Source of the DNA: Mobula hypostoma
Taxonomy: Eukaryota
Assembly (NCBI RefSeq): GCF_963921235.1
Contig: NC_086108.1
Coordinates: 8,122,001-8,186,000, forward strand
DNA length: 64,000 nt
Reading direction: 5' to 3'
Of this stretch, positions 24,111 through 36,800 are shown piece after piece (position 1 is the first letter of the stretch; every line of letters starts with the position of its first letter). The position numbers and the translations under genes were made by a program. The notes below the pieces were generated by a model, which was not told the origin of the DNA, made no database searches, and worked only from the letters and a program-made list of their open reading frames with translations.

Positions 24111-25597
24111 GGCTGATCATGGCTGATCCATTTCCCTCTCAACTCCATTCTCATTCCTTTTCCCCATAATCTTTCACACCCTGACTAATCAAGAGCCTAT
24201 CAGCCTCTGCCTTAAACACACCCAGTGGCCTGACGTCTACAGCCGACTGTGGCAACAGCTTCCAGGGATTCACCTCCCTCCAGCTTAAGAAATTCCTCAG
24301 CTCTGTTTTAAATGGATGTTCCTTTATTCTAAGGTTGTGCCCTCTGGTCCCAGACTTCCCCACCAAAGGAAACAGCTTCTTCACATCCACTCTTTCGGGC
24401 CTTTCAATATTTGATAACTTACAATGAGATCCCCGCACCCCCCCATCATTCTTCTGATTTCCAGTGAGTACAGGCACTGAGATTTCAATTGCTCCTCAGA
24501 TGATCACCCTTTCATTCCCAGAACCGTTCTCGTGAACCTCCTTTCAACCCTCTCCAACGCCAGCACATCCTTTCTTAAACAAGGGGCCCAAAACTGCTCT
24601 CAGTACAAGTGAGGTCTCACCAGCGCCTTATACTGTACAGCCTCAGGATCACATCCTTGCTTTAATCTACGGAATCTCTTGTGTTTATCATGATCGGATC
24701 TCAGAAGCACCAACTGAGGACGGACACTCAAAACACACGCTAGACAAAGGCAGCAGGAGGCACTGAGCAACGGTGCAAGTTCTGGTTTAAGTTGGCGTTG
24801 GAGAATATCCGCGACTTCTGGCTGATAGCCGAAGAAACAAGAGTACTTTGCTAATCGCTCTTTTCCGGGCAAACAATCATCACAAGTAACAGTCTATAAC
24901 TTCCCTTTGATCTTGCAGGCAATTTGATGTGGCAGAGCCGAGGCAACGGGCCTATTGCTGAGAGCAAGGAAGACCCAAGGTTCGGTCAATTTAAGCGCCG
25001 GGCCGAATCAGAAAGGTTGGGTACAGGCTGAATGGTAGTGGCGGGCCCCAGAGCATATTGAAGCCACTGAACTTGATGCTTGGATGATGATTTAAGAACC
25101 GGGTCGAATTGAGAAGGTCAATTTGTTGGGGCATGAGGCGAGGGACAAGCTGATTCGGCTTGCTGCTCCACTCTGCACTAAACTAAGGGTCACAGGAAGG
25201 ACTCTCTGCGGAATTCATTTCTGAACTTTATTTGCTTGCATGACACACAAAGTGCTGGAGGAACTCAGCAGGCCAGGCAGCGTCTATGGAAAAGAGTCGA
25301 GTCGACATTTTGGGCCGAGACCCTTCATCGGGATTGGTCTGATTACACTGCCTGGCCTGCCGCGTTCCTCCAGTATCTTGTATGTGATGCTTGGATTTCC
25401 AGCATCTGCAGACTTTCTCTGGTTTATGTGCATGATCTGTTGGTGGGTTTTTTTTTGTCTCTCTGCATATTGAGTGTATGACGGTTTTTTAAAAATGTGT
25501 TCTTCTGGGTTTTGTGGCTGCCTGTAAGGAGATGAATCTCAGGGTTGTATAATATATACATACTTTGATAATAAATGTCTTTGAACTTTGAAATTAC

Positions 25598-25849
25598 CTG
25601 TTCCATCTCCAGATCAATGCTTCCAATACCACAGAATTCCGGCTCCTCATACTGGTTGGGATCTTGCAGCTCTTTCTCCTCGCTCGGGCCTGCGGGCTCT
25701 GCCATGTCCCCGGGGCTAGGGGTCTCCAGACAGCCCATCTCCACAGGCTCAGCTTCCAGCTCCAGTACACTCGATGCGAGCGTGCTGACGCTGCCCAGTA
25801 GGCTGAGGGTCTCCATGTTGGACAGCAGGTCGTCCTCACTGCCTGTGTA
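25598..25849 (-). CDS. PLEKHG2: PLEKHG2-like exon (YTGSEDDLLSNMETLSLLGSVSTLASSVLELE...IDLEMEQ)
   Basis: Acceptor ttcatcccAG, donor GTAATT; 252 nt, phase 0-0; overlaps ORF 25424..25816. Confidence 0.8.
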
Positions 25850-26611
25850 CTGGGATGAAGGTGGTAGCAGTTACCCTCAGTGCGCTGTGTTGTGTTCGTT
25901 ACTGAGAGAGTGTGCAGGGTACATCAGGATGCTAGCATGCAGGATATTCGAATGAAGTTCATTGACACTGCTTGCACTGCATGTGAACCCCTCCCATGTG
26001 GGAGTCGCTGGTAGTTAACACTATTAACTACCACTGCATCTCCCCTTCTTCAAAAAAAAGAAAAACTTGGTTTGTGTTAATAACCCATAAAGCTGCATTG
26101 AAGTTATCATCACTGAAACTGAGCGATTTGGTTCACTTGACCCATAGCACGTAACTTATGCTCCTTACATAACACAAAAAAGAATTGCCAACATTATAAC
26201 CGTCTCTCCCTTTGTTTTTAAATAGTGTATCTCTTTGTTTTCCTCTTTCCTCACCAATTTCTCTTTTTTTTAAAGAAAGCCTCATTTTGTGAAATGTTTT
26301 CAACATTAGAACTCTTTTTATATAAAAAAAATGCTAAATTTAATGGAGGTCAGGGTAAACTACCTGAACACTCCAGCAAAGTGAGAGGATTATTCTGTCT
26401 CTTTAGTCACTTGCCCTAAGCTGTCAGGCCATGGAGTATATCTCTGTGGGGAGAGTTGTAAAAGAATAACACTATTAATCATCACTACAGGTTGGAGGCC
26501 ACATCAAACACAAAGTTATCAGGCTGTGGAATAATCCCCAGTCGGTCAACATCAGCCCTGTCCCCTGCCCTTCAGTACATCCATCACTACTTATATCTGC
26601 TCCTATGGTAC

Positions 26612-26975
26612 ACGTCCTCCACGAAGACCACAACCTTGTCATTGGGTTTGGAAGCTCACCTACCTCAGTGACCGGGAGATCTATGTTGGCTGGAGTCAGG
26701 GCCTTGTGCTTTGGCTCTTGGTGGGGTCACCCATGCCAAACAGGTCAAAGGGTGGAGGCCAGACTAAGAGTGGTCACCGGTCCTCCAGGTTTTTGGGGGG
26801 GGGGGTGGTGGTGTGGTTCAGCTCAGGACTGACAACCCAGATGGGTCAAAATAAATTGTTACAGAAACAGCAATGAAGAATCCTTCTACATCTGAGTGCG
26901 ATGGTATGGACAGACAGAGATGGAAGACCTTCACTGCTGCCCTAAATGCCAGTGGTGTAACAGGCAGTAAGGTAG
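26612..26975 (+). mobile_element. Non-autonomous RTE-like element (5' UTR joined to 3' end); related partial copy at 27805-28045
   Basis: 5' part resembles Expander/Rex3-type UTR; 3' end ...CAGGCAGTAAG. Confidence 0.55.
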
Positions 26976-27583
26976 TGTTACTGTACTTGTACGCTTCATT
27001 CTACAGGCGCACAGTAGAGAGCACCCTGACATGCACGGTGTGGAAACAGCACTGCGGCAGACAGCAGGGAGTCAAAACTGCCAGTGCACCACTGGTACCA
27101 GCCTACTCCCCAAATCGAGGACACTTATACAGAAAGGTGCCAGAAAAGGGCCAGTAGCATCATGACGGATCCCACCCACCCTGCTCATGGACTGTTTCGT
27201 AGCATCCACGCCAGAACCGCCAGACTCAAAAACAGTTACTTCCCCCAAGCCGTAAGGCCGTGGGGGTAGAGGGTCGTTGGCATGTAATGTTGGCACCGGA
27301 AGTGTGGCAATACTTGCAGGCTGCCCCCAGCACAATCCTTGCTGATTCGATTTAACCCAAATACTGTAGCACATTTCGCTGTATGTGACAAATAAAGGTC
27401 ATCTACCCCTGCACCTTCTTCGCTGCAGGGAAAACATTCCCAGGATACCCGGCCTCTCCCTATAACTCAAGTCCTCCAGCCCTGGTCACATCCTTGCCAA
27501 TCTTCTCAGATGAGAATGAACGCTGGTATCTGCTCAGGGAGGGTTTTCTCTAGTGATTTCCCATCATTATGGCGAGTCCTTAC

Positions 27584-27597
27584 CTTCAGTGGTGATC
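27584..27597 (-). CDS. PLEKHG2: PLEKHG2-like 14-nt microexon (GSPLK)
   Basis: Long polypyrimidine tract then cccAG GATCACCACTGAAG GTAAGG; supplies the phase 1 to 0 change needed by the flanking exons. Confidence 0.68.
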
Positions 27598-29099
27598 CTG
27601 GGAGAGTTGGAGAGAGGCAGCAAGGGAGAAAACAAAAGAGAGAAGGTATTGTTAGCATCTATTGTGTTGAAATATTCAAACTCATTTAGAACATAGAACA
27701 GTACAGCACAGTTCATACCCTTCAGCCCACAGTGTGTGATGACATTTTAACCCACCTAGATCTACTCTAAGATCAATCTAACCCTTCCCTCCCATATAGC
27801 CCTCCGGGTTCGGGGGTTCAACTCAGGACTGACAACCCTGACTGGTAAAACAAAATTGTTCCGGAAACAGCAATGAAGAATCCTTCTACATCTGAGTGTG
27901 ATGGTATTCCTGAGTCTCCACCCGGGATTTGCATGACTGACAGTAGTGAAAACTGAGAGGAAGCTACTGACACGATGAAGGAAGCCCTGAACACTGCCAG
28001 AGATGGAGGACATTCACTGCTGCCCTAAACACCAATGTAAGTAAGTCACAAACACGACAAATTCTGCAGATGCTGGAAATCCAAAGCCACACACACAAAA
28101 TGCCGGAGAACCTCAGCAGGTCAGGCAGCATCTATCGAAATTAATAAACAGCCCACATTTTGAGCCAAGACCCTTCTTCAGGACTGGAAAGGAAGTCCTC
28201 ACCCTCACCCACCCATCCAGCTTCCCCCTCGCATGGTCTCACCTATCACCTGCCAGCTTGTTGTCTTTCTCCTAGCCCCACCTTCTTCCCCGCTGCCTTT
28301 CCAGTCCTGATGAAGAGCCTCATTCCAAAATGTCGACTGCTGCTTCCCCACCTGCCCTGCTGAGTTCTCCGGCATTTTGTGTCTGCACGACTCACGTTCA
28401 CACTTCCAATCCCAAACCTGGCTCCTCTTAGAAAAATTGAAGTTAAGCACATCTCAGCTCGATCCCTTCCCTCAGACAATATTAAAAAGTGAATTTATTT
28501 CGGCAGCTCATTTGCGAAGTTTTACATCAAAGCATTTGACAGCAAAAGCCATCGGCTCTTTAAAGAGACGACAAAACAATCAGAGGTTGGCCAGAGGGCC
28601 ACATCAATAAATAATGATGCATCAGGAAATGAGGAGAGAGAGCCGCCAGTCACAGCTGGCTTTTATCTTCCTCACTGAATTTCTGCTTCCCTAATTCAGT
28701 AAATTATAACAAAAAACATTTACAACTCCTCTCTTGTGGGTCATACAAAGTGCAAATAAACAAGTAACAATCTGAGCTGAAGTGCGGCAGAAGGGTGTTC
28801 TTCTCCTGAATTCCTTCATTAATTTGCCTGTGTCAGGGCAAGTCAAGTCAAGCTTACTGTCATTAAACTCTATAAATGTACACTGTCAGATGAAGCAATG
28901 TTTGTCTGGACCAGGGTGTCCAGCACAGACGTACATATAACGCACAATAACGTAGGAAAGTAAGAATTAAATCGGCAAATGAATTGTGCATAATTAAACA
29001 AAGTAAAGTGCATAAATTAAATATTGCAGGGTACAGTATTGCGAATTAACCAGTGACACTTCAAATGTGATGCGGCAGGGAGCTCAGAAACCTAGTGGC

Positions 29100-29640
29100 C
29101 TGGGGAAAAATCTGTTTCCTACCCTGACCGTTCTTGTTTCTATGCATCGGAGTCTCCTGCCTGATGGTAGAAAGTCAGAGGATGCTGGGTGGGTGGGTGG
29201 GTGGGACCACTGATAATACGAAAGGCCCTGCGTAAGCAGCACTCCTGATAAATGTCCCCGATGGATGGTAGGGAGATCCCTATGATCCTCTCAGCCCTTC
29301 TCACAGACCTTTGTAGGGACTTCCAACTAATGCTTGGATGCTCCCAAGACCAGATGGAGATGCAACTTGTCAGGACGCTGTCAACGGTGCTCTTGTAAAA
29401 TGCAGTTAGGATGGTGGAGGGAGGAGAGCCTCACTTTCCTCAATTTCCTTGGGAAGTGGAGGCACTGCTGTGCCTTCTTGTTCAAGGAGGTGATACTAAG
29501 GGAGCTGGTGAGGTTGTCCGTGATGTGAACTCCTAGGAACTTGATGTACTTAACTCTCTCTACAGAGGAGCCATGTATTCGCAGAGAGGGATGGTACATC
29601 TGCCCCCTCCTGAAGTCCACACTAATTTCCTTGTCTTCTC
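29100..29640 (-). mobile_element. Rex1/Babar-type LINE 3' remnant (many others, e.g. 1220-1560, 17100-17600, 18340-18700, 36900-37260, 40078-40290)
   Basis: DFRR...VERV..IKFLGVHITDNL; other copies encode RYRSLR..TTRFRNSYYP. Confidence 0.72.
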
Positions 29641-30071
29641 TGTGTTCAGACTTAGTCAGTAGCTGCTGTCCTTTGGGTCACAGTGAGAGTGAGGGTGAGA
29701 GAGAGTATTGAGGCAACTGAAAATGACGCCTGTACGTCGAATTAGGAGCTGAGCCAGACTGAAAAGTCAGGGTGTTGGGGGTCCGAGGTGATGGACGAGC
29801 TGGTTCAGCTCACTACTCCGCGACACTTACTCAGCCCTGCGCTGAACTATGGGTCTTGGACCCTCTTTGTGGACGTCAGTTCAGAACACTACTTGCTTGC
29901 GGTTATTGTTTGCATTATGTGTTTTTTATTTTCTCTCTGCACATTGCGGCTGTCTTTTTTAATGTGTTCTTTTGGGTTTCTTTGTCTTGCGTTTGCCTGT
30001 AAGGAGATGAATCTCAAGTTTGTACAATGTATACTGTGCGTACTTTGATAATAAATGTACTTTGAGCTTTG

Positions 30072-30300
30072 TGGTCTGGGTCTGGGTCTGTGGGTATGGG
30101 TGGGGTGTGGGTCTGGGTCTGTGGGTGTAGGTGGGGTCTGGGTCTGTGGGTGTAGGTGGGGTCTGGGTTTGTGGGTGCGGGTGGGGTCTGGGTCTGTGGG
30201 TGTGGGTGGGGTCTGGGTCTGTGGGTGTGGGTGTGGGTCTGTGGGTGTGGGTGGGGTCTGGGTCTGTGGGTGCGGGTGGGGTCTGGGTCTGGGTCTGGTC
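30072..30300. repeat. (GGGTCT/GGGTGT)n G-rich repeat
   Basis: Direct inspection. Confidence 0.92.
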
Positions 30301-30561
30301 TCGGCCTGAAACGTCGACTGCGCCTCTTCCTATAGATGCTGCTTGGCCTGCTGCGTTCACCAGCAACTTTGATGTGTGTTGCTTGAATTTCCAGCATCTG
30401 CAGAATTCCTGTTGTTTGCGTTTAAATTCACTACTGCAAAGCCTCTTCCGGTGATGCCTACACCGAAGAAGTTTAGATCCTCTCTTCGACGGGAGTTCAG
30501 TGAAACCATCTCTCACTGCTCCCCATCTCTTTCAAATCCCTTACTCACTCTTCCTTCAGTT

Positions 30562-30597
30562 AGTCCTGACGAAGGGTCTCGGCCTGAAACGTCGACT
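30562..30597 (+). ncRNA. Minimal type I hammerhead ribozyme motif
   Basis: AGTC-CTGACGA-AGG gtctcgg CCT-GAAA-C-GTC^-GACT; stem I AGTC/GACT, palindromic ACGT stem III; predicted cut after 30593. Confidence 0.8.
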
Positions 30598-30839
30598 GCG
30601 CTTCTTCCTATAGATGCTGCCTGGCCTGCTGCGTTCACCAGCAACTTTGAAGTATGTTGCTTGAATTTCCAGCATCTGCAGAATTCCTGTTGTTTGCGTT
30701 TAAATTCACTACTGCGAAGCCTCTTCCGGTGATGCCTACACCGAAGAAGTTTAGATCCTCTCTTCGACGGGAGTTCAGTGAAACCATCTCTCACTGCTCC
30801 CCATCTCTTTCAAATCCCTTACTCACTCTTCCTTCAGTT

Positions 30840-30875
30840 AGTCCTGACGAAGGGTCTCGGCCTGAAACGTCGACT
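30840..30875 (+). ncRNA. Minimal type I hammerhead ribozyme motif (identical second copy)
   Basis: Same sequence; predicted cut after 30871. Confidence 0.8.
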
Positions 30876-33800
30876 GCGCTTCTTCCTATAGATGCTGCCT
30901 GGCCTGCTGCGTTTACCAGCAACTTTGATGTGTGTTGCTTGAATTTCCAGCATCTGCAGAATTCCTGTTGTTTACTGTCCTTTTCTCCTTGGCCGGTGAG
31001 TGGGCTCTGATCCCAGGGGCTGGTCCCAAGAACACTAAATGAGGAGCTAAAAGATGGTACCAGAGGTTTTTGCAGACCCAGGTGACATCTTCCCCATTCA
31101 TCAGAGATACATCTTATTCTTCTTTTCTCATGTCTCTCTTTTCAAGGTGGCTTGGGTCCTGTCGGGGTTCGTGATCCACAGCGGCAGCTCAAACTATGGT
31201 TCTTCACGGGGAGGTGAGTTCTTGCTCTCAGATGCGCTGTGGGACCTGGCGCTTCAATATTGCCAGGCGCAGCCCGGAAGATGTGCGCCTTGAGGTGTGG
31301 CCCCAGGGTATCCTGATTCCACATGATATTGCTATTCTTTGGGGTTTATTTTCTTGTTTCATGGATGTCTGCATAGAGTAAGAGTTGCAGGTTGTATACT
31401 ATATACATTCTCTGATATTAAATTGAATCATTAATCCTGTCCCGAAGGGCAGGTATGCCAGTACATGGGTGTGCGCGCAAGACAGGTGCTTCATCCTTTT
31501 CAACTCCACTGAGTACATTTCTGATTACAGGTAACCTGAAGAACGTGCTTGCAGCGGCAGATGGATGTAAATGTGATGTCTGAGATAGTGTCGAGTTCAC
31601 AGAAGCCAGTTTTAAACAGTGCGCCTCTTCAGAAACTATCCAACCAATCTCCCTGCCCTACCCTGTCTACAGTTCAGCTAACACGTCCCACAGCACGCAC
31701 AGGGGCACAGTAGGGACAAACTATCTCCATCCCTGAGATTCTGTCTGAAAGGAAGAACAAGAGGTGAGTGTTACGTGGAAATAAGGTCACGGGTTTGGTA
31801 AGTGAGATAGAAAACACTGATTACAAATAAGCACATTAGCCATTTATTTACAAGCAGTAAACCATTCAACCAGGCAGGTTACAGAACAGGTTCGGCAATC
31901 GCACTTGTGAGTTTGCAAGTTCCAGCTAGCTAGTGCTTCGTTATGGTGGTATTTAACTCCCTTCTTTTCATTCTAGTCTTGTCAACACTTGACCAAAAGC
32001 ACAGCAACATTTACTCTCCCTGCTTACTCTTGTCCTTGTCTGAGAAAGAGGACTACCATTTTGAGTAATGATGTAAGGGAATGGTAATCGTTTAGTACTT
32101 AGTTATTGCTTCCAGCTGCGGTATTGGCGTTAACTTTCAGTTTGAGAGTTTTAGTTAATGGCCCTGTTGGCCTAGCGTTATTGTTTTTCTTTTCCTTTTC
32201 CTTTAAGTTCTACAACAGTCTTCATCTGTGAACTGTTGACCCACTTTAGTATTGTTTTCTCTCTCTCTCTCTCTCTCCCTCCCTCCCTCTCTCTCTCCTC
32301 CCACCCACCCACCCACCCACTTGGGCCATATCCATTCATTTTTGGCACTGAGGGTAGATCCAGCCCCGGAATTTTATTTTTATTTAGAGATTGAGAACAG
32401 TCACAGGCCCTTCTGGCTCAGGGAGCCCGCACCACCCAGTTACACCCATGTGACCAATTAACCTGTATGTCTTTGGAATGTGGGAGAAGACAGGGAGAAC
32501 ATACAAACTCCTTACAGACAGTGCTGGAATTGAACCCAGGTTCGATAGGTTTCAATGAGGTCACCTCTCATTCTTCTGAATTCCCGTGAGTACTAGCCTA
32601 GAGCCATCAAACGCTCCTCATATGAAAAGCCTTTCAAACCCAAAATCATTTTTGTGAACTTCCTTTGAACCCTCTCCAATGTCAGCACATCTTTTCTTTA
32701 ATTAGGGGCCCAAAACTGCTCACAAAACTCCAAGTGAGGGCTCCATGTCTCTTTGTGACCAAGTGAGACATGCCCTCTTCACATTGCTACCATCAGGGAG
32801 GAGGTACAGGAACCAGTAGACACTCAACATTTCAGGAACAGTTTCTTCCCCTCTACTATCAGATTTCTGAACAGAGAGGCTTAGATAGAGAAGGCAGGGG
32901 TAGAAATGTCTAACACCAGAGGGCATGCATTGAAGGTGAGGGGGGGAGGTTCAAGGGGGATGTGAGGGGTAAGTTTTTTACTCAGAGAGTGCTGGATGCC
33001 TGGAATGTGCAGCCTGGTATGCTGATAGAGGCAAATACATTAGAAGCTTTTAAGAGACGTTTGTACAGGCACATGGATGTGAGGAAGATGGAGCAATATG
33101 AATACTGTGTAGGTAGGAGGGATTCATGTTTGGGAGTTTTTGATTTGCTTTTTTAGCTGGTTCAGCACAGCTTTGTGGGCCGAATGGCCTGTTCCTGTGC
33201 TGTACTGTTTTGTGTTCTACATTCGTTGCACTAATTATTTAATTTATATGAGTAGTATTGGCATTGCTTATGCCTGGCACTGTACTGCTGCCACAAAACC
33301 ACACACTGCACAACATACAGCACGTCAGTGATAAACAATTCTGATTCTGATTCACAGCTGTCCATGACACTGTGAACAGCAGACACTCTGGCCCGTTCCA
33401 CATTACCCAGAAAGTCAGGTATAAAACTCCCCTGAGTGCTCAAAAAGTTTAGCTTCATAAGTACAAAGAATTTGCAATTCTATAGCTTCCTTCTCATCCT
33501 GAGCCTTTACAACCAAGCAAAGTACTTTGTGAAAACTCGAGAGGTTGGGCATCTGGAGAACACGCAGAGGCACTGCAGGGACTCAGTGGGTTACACACTA
33601 TCTGCAGAGACACGAGTCTACATGAAGGGTCTCGACCCCAAAACCTTTGATCATTGGTTTCCCTCCATGGCCCACTGGGTTCCTCCAGAGGAACGCACAC
33701 AAAACGCCAGAGGAACTCAGAAGGTCAGGCAGCATCTATGAAAATGAATAAACAGTTGATGTTTTGGGCCAAGTCTATAGATGCTGCCTGACCTGCTGAG

Positions 33801-36800
33801 GTCCTACAGTGTTTTGTGTGTGTTATTCTGGTTATCCAGCATCTGCAAAATCTCCTGTGTTTACCTTCCACCTCACCCCCCCCACCCACCCCCAACAGTT
33901 TTTATTCTGGCTTCTTCCCCCTTCCTTTCCAGACCTGGTGAAGGGTCTCACAACAAAATGTTGACCGTTTACTCTTTTCCATAGATGCTGCCTGACCTGC
34001 TGAGTTCCTCCAGCATTTTGTGTGTGTTCCTCTGGACTTCCAGCATCTGCAGAACCTCTTGTGTTTAACTATGTTAGTTGAGATTGCTTCAGGAAGAAGG
34101 TAGGACCAGCGAACATCACCACCAAAGACGACAGCCTCAGAGGGTTCATGGAGCAACTCCTTTCATTTCTTGTACATTTCAGATGTGGTCCTGCTACTGT
34201 TAGACCCTGTCAACTATAATGTGGCCGACTGGGGGACCTGGTGCGTTGCTGTCTCTGAGAACGTTCCGTGAGGCTGCAACCACAGTGTACAGCATGGGGG
34301 CCTGGAAGCCAAGGAGACAGGGTGTGGGCCCATGATTGATTCCATCCCACCTCTCGCTCGCTGCAGCCAGAGGAGGGTCTCTCTCTCTCTCTCTCCTCCC
34401 TCCCTCTCCTCCAGAGGAATGGTCCATGTATTGGAGTGATCTCCCTCTCCCTCGATGCTGTCGGAGGATGGGGCTGGAGCAAGGTTTAATCGACGCGGAT
34501 TGTAGATTTGGACTTTAACTTGGGTTTATGACATGTACTAGTTCAAGCTGCTCTTTTTTTGTTACTACTGTCGGGCAGTTTTTGAATCAGGGCCACCTGC
34601 AAATAATGAACACTGAGCTGAACTGAACTAAAATATGCCTTTTGATTTTATGTTTTATATATCGTGTTTTTCGCTTGTGTTTTTTTTTGATGCTGTGCGC
34701 GATTTTTTTTTGCGTGTGGAGGGAGGGATGTTTGATATTTTTCTTTGAACAGGTTGGTTCCATGGTGTTTCTTTGTTTCGAGATTGTCTGTGGGAAGACA
34801 AATCTCAGGGTTGTATATTGCCTACATACTTTGATAAATAAAGGTACTTTAAATGGAGCTCAAACCACAAAACCACATCCCCTCCCCAGCGCCCCACTAC
34901 CACTCTAAGGTAAACTGGGACGCATTGTGCTGCTGCTAAAAGTCCTACAAACCACAACGATGACAAGTCCCTGTTACCCTGGCAACAAGTAAGTGGCTCA
35001 TCTGCACATTTAAGTTGACTGAGGGAACAGAAACCAATTTAAAGAGAAGAACTTTGCACTCATTATCTGCTGACAAGCTCTGGGATTGGTTGGGGGGGTG
35101 ATTTTGCTTTATAACGTAGCTCAGAGGTAATTGGAAATGAGTTTACTTTAAGTCTCTTCAACAAATATGTGAAAGACAGAATAATTTTGGCTGCCTTCTG
35201 CATTGAAAGTCAATTGGATTTTTAAAAAAATATTGTAGATGGCATCAGGATTCCATTAGAGCCGCTACAGAAAATTACAGGCATTCATGCAGATCCTTGG
35301 AGCTCGGATTCCTGACGGCTGATCAATGAGGCAGACAGACTTGCATCTCCATCTCCTCAGTACTTATAACAGCCTCAGGACACTGTCCCAATGAGGTGCT
35401 TTGGGAGCACAGCTCTCTGCTGTAGGCAGCTAGCTGTGACAAAAAGGATGTTAATAAGGGGGTGGGTGAATCACAACCAGGATTATCATTTATTTAGCAA
35501 TACAGCACGGGACAGGCCCTTCCGACCCACAGAGCCACGCTGCCCTGGCCTGATCACAGGAAAAATTACACTGGCTAATTGACCATAAGATATAGGAGCA
35601 GAGTGAGGCCATTTGGCCATTTCATCATGGCTGATCCATTTTCCCTCTCAGCCCCAATCTCCTGCTTTCTCCCTGTATCCTGTGTGGATGAGATCTACAG
35701 TGAGATCCAATGGCCAGGAAGGTGGTGCAGTAACGCCCCGTGGAGAGCGAAGGGCACGACGAGGCACAGACGACGTCACGGTCATCCACTGCAGTCAGGG
35801 AAGACCCCAGTTTGTGATGCTTGTTCACAACACTGGACCTGGACTTCCGAGGTCGAGAGAGTGAAACTGTCCCAGTGTAACGGCTTTTCTACTTTAAAAA
35901 CTCTCCCGCACAGGTGTCCTGTCATCATCGGACACAGCGGAGAACCACCACCAGCACGTACTGAGCAAAAAGAGAGCAGGAAAAGTGAGGTCGAGTTCAT
36001 GGGCGCAATGGCCGTTCGTTCAGAAATCTGATGGCAGTGGAGAAAAAGCTGTTCCTAAAATATAGAGTGTGTGCCTTCAGGCTCCTGTACCTCCTCCCTG
36101 ATGGTAGCAAAGAGAAGAGGGCATGTCCTGGGTGATGGGGGTCCTTAACGAGGCATCACCTTTTATAGATATCCTCGATGCTAACACAGGACTCAGATTC
36201 AGCCCTATTATCAGTGACAAATGCCACGAAGTTTGTTTTACAGCAGCAGTACAATGCAAGCCATAAAAATAGGTTAGAGTACAAAATATAAGAGATAAAT
36301 AGGTATCAGAAAATAATGAAATAGTGCTCACGGGTTCATACCACTGTGCAAGGTATAAAAATGGCCAAAAGTTACACAGTACTGTATTTGCCAATGTGGA
36401 GCAGAGAGCAGGTTTGTAAATCCGGCAGGAGTCAAGGATGTTGGGACAGGCAAGGGTGGAGTGTTGGGGGATGTGAGACAGGTGGCAGAGAAGGAGTGCC
36501 AGGGATGGGCGGTGTTACGGGTGCAGACACACCCGGCCCTGAGACACCAGGGAAAGTCATCTGATTGCGAACAATTAGTTTATTGATCATTACAGAATGT
36601 CTCTCTGGTGCTTCCCGCTCCCTCCCCTCTCCCTGCCCCTTTTTCCCTGCCTCCTTCCCACTCTCAGTCCACAATAGTTTATCACCACTCACATACATCA
36701 TGAAACATGATTTTTTTGTGGCAGCAGTACAGTGTAATGCATAAAATCACGACAGTACTGTGCATGAGTCTTAGGCATCCTCACTACAGTATACTTGTGC

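Larger units (their letters stand above)
30296..30972 (+). repeat. 278-bp head-to-tail tandem (about 2.4 units) of Penelope-like terminal sequence
   Basis: Duplicated ORFs 30376..30732 and 30654..31010 are offset by 278; units differ at only a few bases. Confidence 0.92.

Noticed and set aside
29959..30516. TDPDP/QTQT-repeat proteins
   Set aside because: Translations of the G-rich simple repeat
31768..32260. Second solo LTR
   Set aside because: Starts TGTTAC but I found no matching end or TSD
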